Shown here: positions 1-10,585 of the stretch, one piece after another | Layout of the letters: each line of letters starts with the position of its first letter | Position numbering within the stretch: position 1 is the stretch's first letter | NCBI GenBank assembly: GCA_002633005.1 | Contig: NMRA01000513.1 | Span: 62,001-126,000 of the forward strand | DNA: 64,000 bases | DNA from: Phoronis australis | Lineage: Eukaryota; Animalia; Phoronida | Reading direction: 5' to 3' | Made by a program: the position numbers and the translations under genes | The notes under the pieces: model-generated | Databases searched by the model: none | Told to the model about the DNA's origin: nothing | The model's input: the letters and a program-made list of their open reading frames with translations, nothing else

Positions 1-1787
1 AAATTCTAACCTTCACAACTGCTGCAGAGTTGACATTGTGTTTGATGCTTACATTGAAGACAGCTTGAAGGCCACCGCTGGTAGAGGTACAGGTGATCTT
101 GCCAAAGTTCCACACCAAACGCAACTGTCTCTATACTTCCAGAATTTCTTGCAAACTCAAAGAACAAAGAGGAATTGTTCATGCTGTTAGCTGAAGATAT
201 CTTTAGCAATCGCGTATCCTCCAGGACATATATATATGTTACCCACGGTCACTCTGTTCTTTCCTCTGTTTCTGACATACCACCGAGAGTCAGACACCTG
301 TATGTGCTTGATGTACATTGCGGACGCTTTGATCAAAGGTAATCAGAGAATACTGGTTTCTACAATTGATACTGATGTTGTGGTCGTTCTTCTTGGTGTT
401 TTTGATCAGCTTAAGGCTTTGCAGCCAGCAATTCAATTACGGGTAGTGGTTATAGCTGGAAAGAACGCACGGGAACTCTTCGTCAAGAGTTTGTTTGACT
501 AGCTTACAGGTTGTAGGTACGATCTGTGTGTAATACTACCTATGTTCCATGCCTTAACAGAGTTGGACACAACGTCCCAGATCTATGGAAAAGGGAAGAA
601 AACAGCATGGGAGACATGAAAAGCTTACCGTTATGCTACTCAGGCATTCTCGTGCCGGCAATCAAATCCTTTCAGCAACTCACTGTGGACAATCGGGAAT
701 TCAAGACAATTGAGACATTTACATGTTTGGTTTATGATCGAAAAGTCAAAACCAGCCAAATCAATACTTTATGAAAGGAGCTTTTCCAACAAAAAGTTCA
801 GATCATGCCAAATTTATCGCCTACCCAATCTCCTCTGATAAAGCAAGTTAACAAATGCTTGTATCAGGCTGGCAGTCTGATGCCCATCCACGGGAAACCA
901 AGTCCATAGAGGTTTGGATGGCAGAGTGACAAGGGCCAACAATGCACACCTTACTGGATAGACATGCCTGAAATCTCCAAAGCTGGTGAGCAGCTCATGG
1001 TTGCAAGAGCATACCATTATAGGGCAAGAGATATAAATTAAAAGCAATTCCTAAGCATGCACAACACTTAGCAAATACCGGGGAACATGTCAGTAACATG
1101 GTTTGTTATGGACCAAAGAAACATATGATAATGTTAATTGAATTCTGGGGTCTGCAATGACAATTTGAGATTAATTTGTTTTATTGTATTGATATTATAA
1201 GCAGATGAAAATCGGATTATATGTAGACAGGAGCTAGAAGAAGTATACTAAGGACATTATTGAAAGCTGGCCTCCTGAGTTTTTAGTATACTGTCAAGTT
1301 CTATGCATATATTGGTCTCTTTATCATAACATCAACTGAATTTTCATAATAATTGTACAAATTAATGATAAATCTAATAAATTTTTGGTAAGAAAACTTA
1401 TTTGTTGTTGTATTACTAGTCTTGCACCAGATCAGAATAGATGATTTTATTAAAATTGCAGTTGGTTAGTTAAATTTTGGCGGCCATATTAGAATTATGC
1501 AAATGAGGGGTCTTAATATTATGAGGAAAAGATATTGCGATGTCATTATGATAGATTTCTAGTTAATAAAGTACTATTACCTAGCCTTAAAATGAGTGAT
1601 AATCTCTCAAGCAACCATAGATTTGTTACTGGGCGGCCATTTTGTTTTTTGAGATTTGACCTTGACCTTGACCTCAAAATTTGGGCAACCGATCCCCATG
1701 AGATTCAGCATGTCAAAAAGTACTTGTGTGCCAAATTTGGTGCTTTAATCCGACGTGTAAATGTTTTCGAGTTAAGGGCCTGGACTA
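1..1787 (+). mobile_element. Degenerate Academ(X)-like DNA transposon, 3' part (XPG/PIN-like nuclease plus Cys-rich tail, frameshifted)
   Basis: Broken ORFs read ESDT...ADALIKGNQRILVSTIDTDVVV (EEADTR...DTDV XPG/FEN-like pattern), then IETFTCLVYD and LSPTQ...CLYQAG, then a decayed Cys-rich tail ending near 1095. Probable terminus ...GGGCCTGGACTA at 1787. The family is assigned from remembered Academ architecture, not a search. Confidence 0.55.
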
Positions 1788-2204
1788 TCACAACTGTGTC
1801 CAACTCTGGCGGAGCACTCTCTTGGATCCTGGTGAAAGCAGCTCAAAATACTGCTAAAGGACCAGCTGTGAAAGTAGTCACATATCTTTAGATGGGCATG
1901 AGCTGTCTTTCAATATTTCCTGTGGCGCTTTTTATTGCCTATCTTACCAGAGAGTAACATTTTTGATGTTACTTATCTGTATTCACTATCTTTTCTTGTA
2001 ATTGTATTAGTCAAAATAAATGACCTTATGTCACCTACCTCGGTCTCCTTTTCATCTCTGGTACCGAGCTTGCGATGTACGACCTTATGTCGCCTACCTC
2101 CGTCTTCTTTTCATCTCATCATTTATGTATTATTCGGGACGTATGTCGATCATAAATACGTGTTTTTCTTTGTAAGCGAATTATTCATGGCATGTATTAT
2201 CACG

Positions 2205-2297
2205 ATACTTATTTGTTTATTTATTCATTTATTAATGTAATATTTACAATGAGGATAGCCCCATCAGTTCACAGTGCTTTCCATGGGGGCCCTCACT
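2205..2297 (-). repeat. Probable LINE/SINE 3' tail remnant
   Basis: Minus strand reads gtgagggcccccatggaaagcac...gatggggctatcctc (stem-loop) followed by an (aataa/aataaa)n tail, resembling L2/CR1-type 3' ends. Confidence 0.35.
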
Positions 2298-3109
2298 AAA
2301 ATCTTAAAACGTTTTTCAAGTTAATTTCAAACCATCTCGAAAATGATATCACTATAAAGAGTGCGAAAGTACAAACATGTTGGTACCTAGTGCATCAAAA
2401 TCGACAATACGATGACAATGTTCTATCCCACCGGCTTGCACGGCCCATGACACTGGTACTAGATTCTCATGAATGCAGACAACACTAGCAATTTCGCTGA
2501 CTAAAATTTGAGCCATACATAGCGAAAACGCTAGACAAGTGTGCTAGCCAGACAGCCCACCTGTCTGCGAAGAAGTTTTCGCCAGCACGAAAGTTGATGT
2601 CCAAATACATTCATCCTCTTAAAAATGTATCGATGGGATAATAGAACAAAATTCTCTTACCCTCGCGCATGTGTTTTCTTTGAATTAAGCGGTCTGGCTA
2701 CATACATCTGTAAGTGCGCCTAGCGAAAGCGTCAGTGGCTTTTGGGTAACTCAAATCTCCAGCAAAAGCGAAAGTGACCATTGCGACCTTTCACTTTGCT
2801 GGCGTTTTTGCTCCCAGCGAAAGGGATTGCGAAAACGCTAGCGTTTTTGCCAACGTGTGAACAGAGTATTAGCTCCACACCATAAAATGGCCTCTCTGCT
2901 ATGACGTACACAAACTCACGGGATGCTAGCCAGTCTATCTCTATCTATATCTTTTACATGTATATTGACTGATATCCCGCCTTTAACGAAAGATACAAAC
3001 ATTCAAGGTGAACACCGATCTTCATTACCACGATAATGAGTAACAGTGGCTAGTAAAATTTCAAGATGTGACGGACTTAGCTCAGTGAGATAGGGGTAGC
3101 GTTCAACAC

Positions 3110-3263
3110 AGTGGCGGATTTAGGAGAGAGTCAAGGGGGCCATGGCCCCTCTAAGATTATCTCCGATTTAATTTGGCAGTCCGGGGATGCGAATGTCTGA
3201 CAGCAAAATCCTGGCTAATACTAGGCCTGTCCCCTCAATTCTAAATCCTGTATCTGCCCATGT
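3110..3263. mobile_element. ~155 bp MITE (CAGTGGCGGAT...ATCYGCCCMTG family)
   Basis: Imperfect terminal inverted repeats. The internal sequence gaatgtctgac...gcaaaatc.tggctaatact is shared with the copy at 34012-34169. Confidence 0.65.
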
Positions 3264-3408
3264 AATAAGTTAACGCTATGACCTTGCTAGGACCTCCCTT
3301 GAAAAGCAAGACTTCGCGATAACGACAACAAAAAACATTGAAGCAGCGGCCAATGCTCTGCAAGAATATCTGTGGTCAAACATTCATATTATAATTGTTT
3401 CAGATCCA

Positions 3409-4767
3409 ATGGCGATTAAAGTGGTGCATGTTGCGGTGGTTTGCGTGTTCATTCTATTCTTCGTGTCACTTCGGTTATTCTATAACACACGGGGTATGGT
3501 CGTAGAAACGCACATATTGAGATATGTGACGAAGGGAAATACGCCAAATATCACCAAACGGGTGAAGACCGAAGATCTACAACCTCATCGAGAAGTTACC
3601 CCGCGAGTGGAGTTAATGGTGCGAGCCTCGACAGTGAATACAGCTGGTAAGAACCTTATAGGACGGTTCTTCTGCATGGTTATGCGAACACTGGTGCTCT
3701 ATTGGTCTCCTATTTACGGAGATACGATTGTGGTTATCATGGATGATGAAAGCAAACAGGACCACCGGATTGGAGAAATGTTGCAAAAACAGAAGTTCGA
3801 CTTTGTCCGACTGGTCGTGCGGTATGAACCCCTTCCAGAGAATCCTGATAAACTGAAGGCATGCCCTGATCCAAACCATGGCGATTTCGGTTATAAAAGA
3901 CAGCTTTATAGCAGTTTCTTTATGGATAGGTATACCTCAAAAGAAATAGTTGGCTGGCTCGATTCTGACGTTGTGTTCATAAGTCCAGCGATGCCACGTG
4001 ACGTTGTACGGAACGGACGGGTCGTAGCTTATGGTACATCCAACAGAATGAAGTATGGTTGGGTAAGACAGTGGTTTGAAACAGTATTCATAGCAATCGG
4101 ATATCCGGCTGTGGCGGACTGCATGGCATACTTCCCGACCTATTTTTGGAGAGACACTTTTTCAAACTTTCGCAACTTTGCTATGAAGCGATTTAATACC
4201 AACTCGTTCGACGAAGCGTTTTACGAAATATATGAAACGAATATATTAAGTCCTGTTAACATATTGTGTAATTATGCTTGGTATTATGAGCACGACAGGT
4301 ACGACTGGCATTTGGATTTAGTTGAACCAGCGTTTCTGAAATATTACAAAGTCAGACATAAAAACATTTTTAACGTAAAACCTGAAGAAACCACAATGAA
4401 ACTTCACCATGCCGTTCACTGGGGTCACAAGAATGGGATAACTGTCAAGCCAGGGACACATTACTTAGAGGTAACGCAAAAGTCCTATTGCAAACTCTAT
4501 AAACGCGTCTACGGTAAGGAAAAAAAGATTTGTGTTAAGTTTAAGGCCAGTGTATTTGTAGAACAATTTGATTTCAGTTCGGTTTCATGGTGTAAAGGAA
4601 AAGATGGAATGGAGAAGTGTAAGAAAATGATTGAAGACAACGATCGCACGCTGGTCCCGTTCATTAAAAATGGGACTTTCCCTTTCAACATTTCATTGGT
4701 AAAGAAGGTCGAAAAAACAGCCAAGACGTTCAACATTACGTGTCCAGATTTTGGTTTATACGTGTAG
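3409..4767 (+). CDS. Intronless type II membrane glycosyltransferase-like protein (GT-A fold, DxD motif), 452 aa
   Basis: The only long uninterrupted ORF in the window. It has an N-terminal hydrophobic anchor (VVHVAVVCVFILFFVSL), a stem region, GYKRQLYSSFFMD, VGWLDSDVVF (D185-x-D187), CMAYFP and a Cys-containing C-terminus. A splice acceptor (ttgtttcag, ending 3403) 5 nt before the ATG suggests a 5'UTR intron. Confidence 0.8.
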   Translation: MAIKVVHVAVVCVFILFFVSLRLFYNTRGMVVETHILRYVTKGNTPNITKRVKTEDLQPHREVTPRVELMVRASTVNTAGKNLIGRFFCMVMRTLVLYWSPIYGDTIVVIMDDESKQDHRIGEMLQKQKFDFVRLVVRYEPLPENPDKLKACPDPNHGDFGYKRQLYSSFFMDRYTSKEIVGWLDSDVVFISPAMPRDVVRNGRVVAYGTSNRMKYGWVRQWFETVFIAIGYPAVADCMAYFPTYFWRDTFSNFRNFAMKRFNTNSFDEAFYEIYETNILSPVNILCNYAWYYEHDRYDWHLDLVEPAFLKYYKVRHKNIFNVKPEETTMKLHHAVHWGHKNGITVKPGTHYLEVTQKSYCKLYKRVYGKEKKICVKFKASVFVEQFDFSSVSWCKGKDGMEKCKKMIEDNDRTLVPFIKNGTFPFNISLVKKVEKTAKTFNITCPDFGLYV

Positions 4768-5654
4768 GAGTATCGAAAATGGAATAAGAGTATATTATAT
4801 TGTATTGTATTATATTGTGTTGTATTCATTTATTATAGTGACAAGTAAAATTAATTCAAACAGTTGTAGATATAACTTGTGTAAGAAAAATAAGTACCCA
4901 GCCCAGTTGTGCTTGTTAGTCACTTTAACCACACAACTCAGATGTAGGCCTACAAAAGCAGACTTGATATATTTGGCTAATTGCCTAGGGAAATTATGAA
5001 ACAACAGTTTTAACGTACATGTATCTAATCTTCTGAATTCTGCAAAGCTCGGGACTTAAAGAGAAACACTATTAAATATAATAGACCTCCGTGAGTTATG
5101 GAGAGAACCATTAAACACAAAATGTACATGTAGCTCATCCTCCACACAATGAGAATCACAACAAAAGCAAAGTCTTTCACTTACAGGAGTATTTACATAA
5201 CGACCATTTTCCAAATGTAATGGAGATTTACAGCTATAAATTGAGCCAAAAGAGATCGCTCAGAACGACATAAGTTAAGCTTCACATAGGGTTCAGTTAA
5301 AAACTCGTGTTTACACAAAATGTAGTTTCCTAACTTGGGTTTTGTTACAACAGACTCAGCCCAAACATGTTTCAAGTATTCAAATAGTTTGTTTCTAGCA
5401 TCTACTATGCTACAAGTAGTTAAATTTTGAAAACAGGATTGCATGCCAGTTCTGTTAAACAAATTTTCGATACCGTATTTCCAACCATTTCTACCAATAG
5501 AGTATTCCCCTAGAAATACCCTTTTAGTAACCTGTGGTCACTAATTTGTTCCAAAGACGCAACATGTTCAATTTAAACCTATTTCCGGTCGAGTCCCACC
5601 CCATGTCACTACTAACAGCATGAGTGGCTGTAAATCGGTTGACCCCTAGATAAA

Positions 5655-6359
5655 TATAGATTATTACATGGCGAAGTCGTTATCCTAAGTTATGTACAGC
5701 CCGAGTGGATTTTGGAGAATTGTCGCCCGAGGGGCGTTAGAGGCCCGGGGTCGAAGGTCGTGACCTTTTTGAAAAGAAAAGCCGAGCTATTTTTGTCAAA
5801 TATTGCATTTACTCAAAACCAATTGAAAATTTAAACAAAATAGAAATAAAGTGAATCTATAAATTAAGGTTTAGCAACTATTATAGCTTACTACACATTT
5901 TATCACGCTAAGCTTCGACCGACAAAATATCGTCTGCTAAAGTAGGTTACCAAAAGTAACTGAGTATAATGCTCAAGTCAAAGGCTCCCGACGACACGAT
6001 ACCCGCATTCAAATTAGAGATCGGTAATTTACAAGTGGGAGAACACGACAGAAAAATTCCACTGAATTAAAATATCGTTTTTATGGAAATTATGCGTCTT
6101 ATTTTTCATAGCGTATAAATGTTGGTGCTATGCCCTTTGCTGAACATGCGATTGTTGCGCGTGCTCATTTAAGTATTCTATTTTCGCGCTCGTTGACGTC
6201 AGCCACTGAGTGGTGTAGTGGTAAAGTCAGCGACTCGCAGCTCTTGAGGCCCGGGTTCAAATCCGGCCTCGGTTTCCCGCCAAAATGTTATCTCACTAGT
6301 GAGATAACTTTATGGGTTATTACATGGTTGTATCTGCAATTCGAGGCTAATAGTGTGGT
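5655..6359. mobile_element. Non-autonomous element (Crypton-like termini) nested in the LINE
   Basis: It splits the LINE codons ...AMRFY/LGV. Flanked by the direct repeat ATAAA (5650-5654, 6360-6364). TTATTACATGG occurs near both ends, and the right end is ...TAGTGTGGTATAA. The Crypton label is an inference. Confidence 0.6.
6204..6275 (+). other. tRNA-derived (tRNA-Ala-like) Pol III head / pseudo-tRNA
   Basis: A-box TGGTGTAGTGGT, loop CTCGCAG (CGC), B-box GGTTCAAATCC, and acceptor-like ACTGAG/CTCGGT pairing. The anticodon and T stems are imperfect, so it is not called as a functional tRNA. Confidence 0.6.
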
Positions 6360-9300
6360 ATAAAAACGCATAGCTCTGTTTTGAATATTTTCATCATAAC
6401 CAATCTTTTTTGTAACCCCAAACAGGTTATCCGTAATCCAAAATCAGTGCCACACACGAATTAAATGTTTTAAATGTTTCGAATTCTATATTCTTGTTAT
6501 CACGGAATGTTGAGCATATCTTCCCTAACGCTCTACCAGAAGCTTCAGATAACGTATTCAAATTTTCTTTAAAGTCAAGGTGTTGATCCAGAATACAGCC
6601 TAAATACTTGTATGATGATTTATAACTATTGACACTGTTTAATACAAAATTGCTTCTTGGCATATAAACAGGATTTCAGGATTTGTCCAGTCAAAAGCTA
6701 TTTTCATGTCCACAAATGTCACAAATGTAGAAAGGTTAGACTACTTTCTTGTTTGAATAATTGATGAAGGGACATATAAGTGATCGCTATGGGACCGTTG
6801 GCTTCGAAAACCATTTTGCTCGTCAAATAAAATATTGTTCTGTTCACAGAAACCCATAATTCTATTATTCAACACAATACTGAAGATTTTGTAATATACT
6901 TGAAAGAAGACTAATCCCACGGTAGCTCAAAGGAATTCTAGGGTCGTTTGTAGAATTCTTAGGTATCCGGATTATAATTGCCGTATACCACTCAGAAGAC
7001 ATTAGACAACGTTTAAGATTCATTAAACAACTGAGTTAGAAAAACAAAAATAGTTTCGAATCTTAACACGTCATAAGGTATACATTCATAGCCGACGCCT
7101 TTGTTATTCTTTGTTTTCATAACAACATTTCTAACCTCATCAATACAGATTTCACAATTTAAGCCATGATCAGTTGTATTAAAACAATCCTTTTCTAGCT
7201 GCTTGCGCAAATTCAAGGTTTTCAATAAAATTCTTCATCAAATGGTGTATTTTCAGAAGTGCAATTGAATAATTGTTCGTAATCAGTTTTCCTTTTATTT
7301 AGAACGAATTTTTTATCAGAGTTAATTTCATTATTTGAATCCAGGACTTCCAGGGGAACTTCGCTAAGCTGTTTTGGTCCCAGTTCTTGGCAAATTCATA
7401 TTGAGCAGACATAAATGATTGTTTGTAATGTGACCAATTCCCGCGCCCTCTTTGATTTCTTGAAATTTGTTTCACAATGTACTGTGCTGATTCCTTTTAA
7501 AATACTTTCTTAGTTTACGACTCGGATAATCATCCTTGCAATCCAACAAGGAATCCGTTTCCTTAACTAATAGGTCAATAAATTACTGATAAACTAAATA
7601 AAGTTGGTTCTGGTGTTCATAGGATAACAATAATGAGTCAATTAAACAAAAAATATTCATCATTAAATGTCACGTTGTTGGAAGTGTCAAACATGTATTT
7701 ACGTTTTTTCGAAAGAGTATTTGAATCTGAAGGTCTGTCGATACAAGATGAACATACATCATGCGAGGAAATTTTAAACCTTAAAACAATAACAAATTGA
7801 TATGGTGCTTTTCATCTTGGCCCAATAAATGCTTTGATATCTAACATATCAATAATATCACAAGTCTTAGTAACAAAAATGGATACACAATTCTTCAAAT
7901 TATTTTGGTCAGTTAAATTTAATCTACAAAAGCATTTCTTCTACCCGAGACAGAGGTAAAGTTGTCAAATTCTGGAGTAACTCTGCCATTAACTGTAGCC
8001 AATTTCGAATCTTCCACAAAGTCAATTAAAGCATCACCAAATCGATTTGTCAAAAAATTTATGACCTGTCTTGGGCCAACTTCGTCAGTATCTTGAATGA
8101 AATCCACATATGTAGTTGGTGTATGTTGCGTTAAAATCCCCACAAATGAAGAAATTGTCAACATCATTAAAGTTATACAATTGGTTGATTAGATGAGAAT
8201 AAACGTCATCAATGTTCTTACTTCCGTTTGAACCCTCGGGAGGAATGTAGCATGTATAAATTACGAAAAAATTTCAGTCATAATACTTGGAAATTTTACG
8301 TTTTTAACGCCACCATCAAAGGATTTATCAATAACACTTGCATCAAATTTATCAAACAAACCAACCGCGCCAGAACCTCTGGGAACAATAATGTGCAAAT
8401 TCTCACCGTTGCAACCAAAAAAATCGATATCCTTCGACTTGAATGATACCGTTAGAATATCAGTGTGTATCATTCAGAGAAACGACATCACAGTAAAATT
8501 GTTAAATTGCTAGTTTTAGCAAAGCATTATTGTGAGCCGACACCCGTTGATATTCCAATGAGCAATGGAAAATTCAAACAAACTGGGCTGGGCGACCCAT
8601 TCAGCATCGCTAGGAGTACACGATATGCTATAAAACTGTTTTCCTGGGGTTTGAATTGAACTTGTTTGGATGTCGTGCGTCTGGTTATCATCGTTATTGA
8701 CTTCCCCACTTCTCTTCTGCTGTTATTGTTGTTAATCTTTTTTTTAATAGTTCTTCCACTCACGGTAATACGAAACTCATTACCGTTGGGAATGGACCTC
8801 AAACGTGTACTAAAGGTCAACTCAATACATGTAAGCCTATCTGTATGCAATTTGCTGCCACGTAGATACATCTTGAGGTCTCGGTCAGTTAATGCTCGAA
8901 AAAAATGGTCGTCGTAGATATTTACAACTTTATTTCAAGAACCAAAAAGACTAGCAAAGAGTTTGAAAATATGTTCGGTATCGCAAGCTCAATCACGGCA
9001 TGGAAATTGTGTTTCCAAACCAATGTTTTTTGTACTTCTTAATTATATCTCTCCAACTGATCTATGTACTTTTTGTAGAAATGAATCTGAAAATGTGAAG
9101 CATATATGTTGGGATTCCACTTCTTTTAAGTCTTGAACTGTTCAATTTTATATTTCTTTAGCTAAAAACATATTTGTCGCAGATGGGTAAAAACTGAGCC
9201 TCCATCCAGAATACTTTTCAAAAAAGATTTAGCGATGTATTTCACATTTGTGAAATTCGATTGATCTCTGCAAAAATGGAATAGAAGACCTAAATCTTCA

Positions 9301-10252
9301 AAAACATGCTCACTTTTTATGCGTCCACATATATATGTGTAGATCGTATTGTCGTTACTTTGTCCGGGAGTCAGGTTGTGCTGTTGTCCGTATGTCCGAA
9401 TGTCCGCTCCATATGTAAAAAACCACTGTCAGATTCTGACGAAATTTATGACAAGGCTGTAGGGCAACACTAAAAAGGTTCATGCCACTTGTCATTACGC
9501 CCTGCCCGCTGGGGTCAGGGTTGCGGGGCTTTTTCTGTATTTTGGGGGAAGAGCGTTCCGGTGATATCTAGTAAACGTATTGACGGATTTCAATGAAACC
9601 TGACACAAACGTGTGTGATATCAGTGCGCCGGCATGATTCAAATATTAAGGCGGATTTGACTACTGCAGCACCTCCTAGTGGCCAAGTTGTTTTCGAAGG
9701 GGGGATTTCCAAGTGTTCTTTTGGGGGGAGAAAAACGTTTTCGGAAGATATCTAGAGAACCGGAGGGCACCAGTTGCGCCGTCACCAGTAACTGCAGTAC
9801 CTCCCAGTGGCCATTTTGTGTGAGAGCGTTTCCGGGTGATGTCTAAAGAACGGGTTCACGGATTTCAGTGAAGCCTAAAACAAAGGTGTGAGATAACAAT
9901 GCGGCGGCACCATTAAATTTTCAGGCAGATTTAACTACCATAAACCCTCCTTGTGCTAATTCTGTTACGGACAAGGACTTTTCATGTGTTATTTGGGGGA
10001 AGAGCGTTTCGGATTATATTAAGAGAACCGCTAGTTGGATTTCACTGCAACTTGTCAGAGGTATGATTAGATTGCACCGGCACCATTCGATTTTCGTCCG
10101 GATTCGACTAGTGGCCATTTTGTGTAGGAGAGTTTGCGGACGATATGTAGAGAACTGAATGAAGAATATCTATGAAACTTGAAACAGGGGACTGCGATGA
10201 CAATGCAGCGATACCATTTAATGTTCGGGCGGATTCAACAACTGTAGGAGCT

Positions 10253-10585
10253 TACAGGTGTGTACCGCACGCTGGCTCTGTTTCCTTAGGCTCGTGGCTT
10301 CCTACTGTGTGACGCGTTTACACTCCCTGCTTGCATGCCCCTCTATCTGCCGTCACTGTGTATTTCACTATTTATTTCCCTTCGTACATGTTCATTACAC
10401 GCACAGTCTGATGATGAGACATGCGGTCTCGAAATATAGCTAGTGTTTCAATTTGTTTGACTGTTATGTCTCTCGTTGTTTTGTTACATAGCTGCACGCC
10501 TAGAGAAGGGTGATTGTTTAGAGACTACGAGCGAGTCTGTATTAAGCTGTCAAACAAAAAGTCCAGTCGTGTCTTCAACGACGTT
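10253..10585 (+). mobile_element. Penelope-like pseudo-LTR fragment inserted in the tandem array
   Basis: Interrupts the 140-bp units. It is homologous (reverse complement) to ~51990-52267, contains a hammerhead core, and carries aaacaaaaagtccagtcg. Confidence 0.6.
10402..10446 (+). ncRNA. Minimal type I hammerhead ribozyme motif
   Basis: CTGATGA (10408-10414), extra T, stem II GAGAC/GTCTC, GAAA (10431-10434), palindromic mini stem III ATAT, UH site, and stem I cacagt/gct(a)gtg. Confidence 0.6.

Larger units (their letters stand above)
4791..9272 (-). mobile_element. Degenerate, long non-LTR retrotransposon (APE endonuclease + RT; RTE-X/CR1-group-like)
   Basis: Minus-strand fragments: RGSGAVGLF and NRFGDALIDF...VNGRVTPEFDNFTSVSGR (APE); YRGISL region; YKYLGCILDQHLDF; IQNRAMRFYLGV...DMGW; KPKLGNY...EPYVKLNLCRSERSLLAQF. 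The 3' tail is (caata)n at ~4791-4825. Candidate TSD aaaatggaata at 4776-4786 and 9273-9283. Confidence 0.85.

Noticed and set aside
1535-2240. Short ORFs of 118 and 101 aa
   Set aside because: They overlap a transposon terminus and low-complexity AT-rich sequence, with no protein motifs.
6204-6275. Functional tRNA-Ala(CGC) gene
   Set aside because: The anticodon and T stems pair poorly, and the sequence sits inside a nested mobile element.
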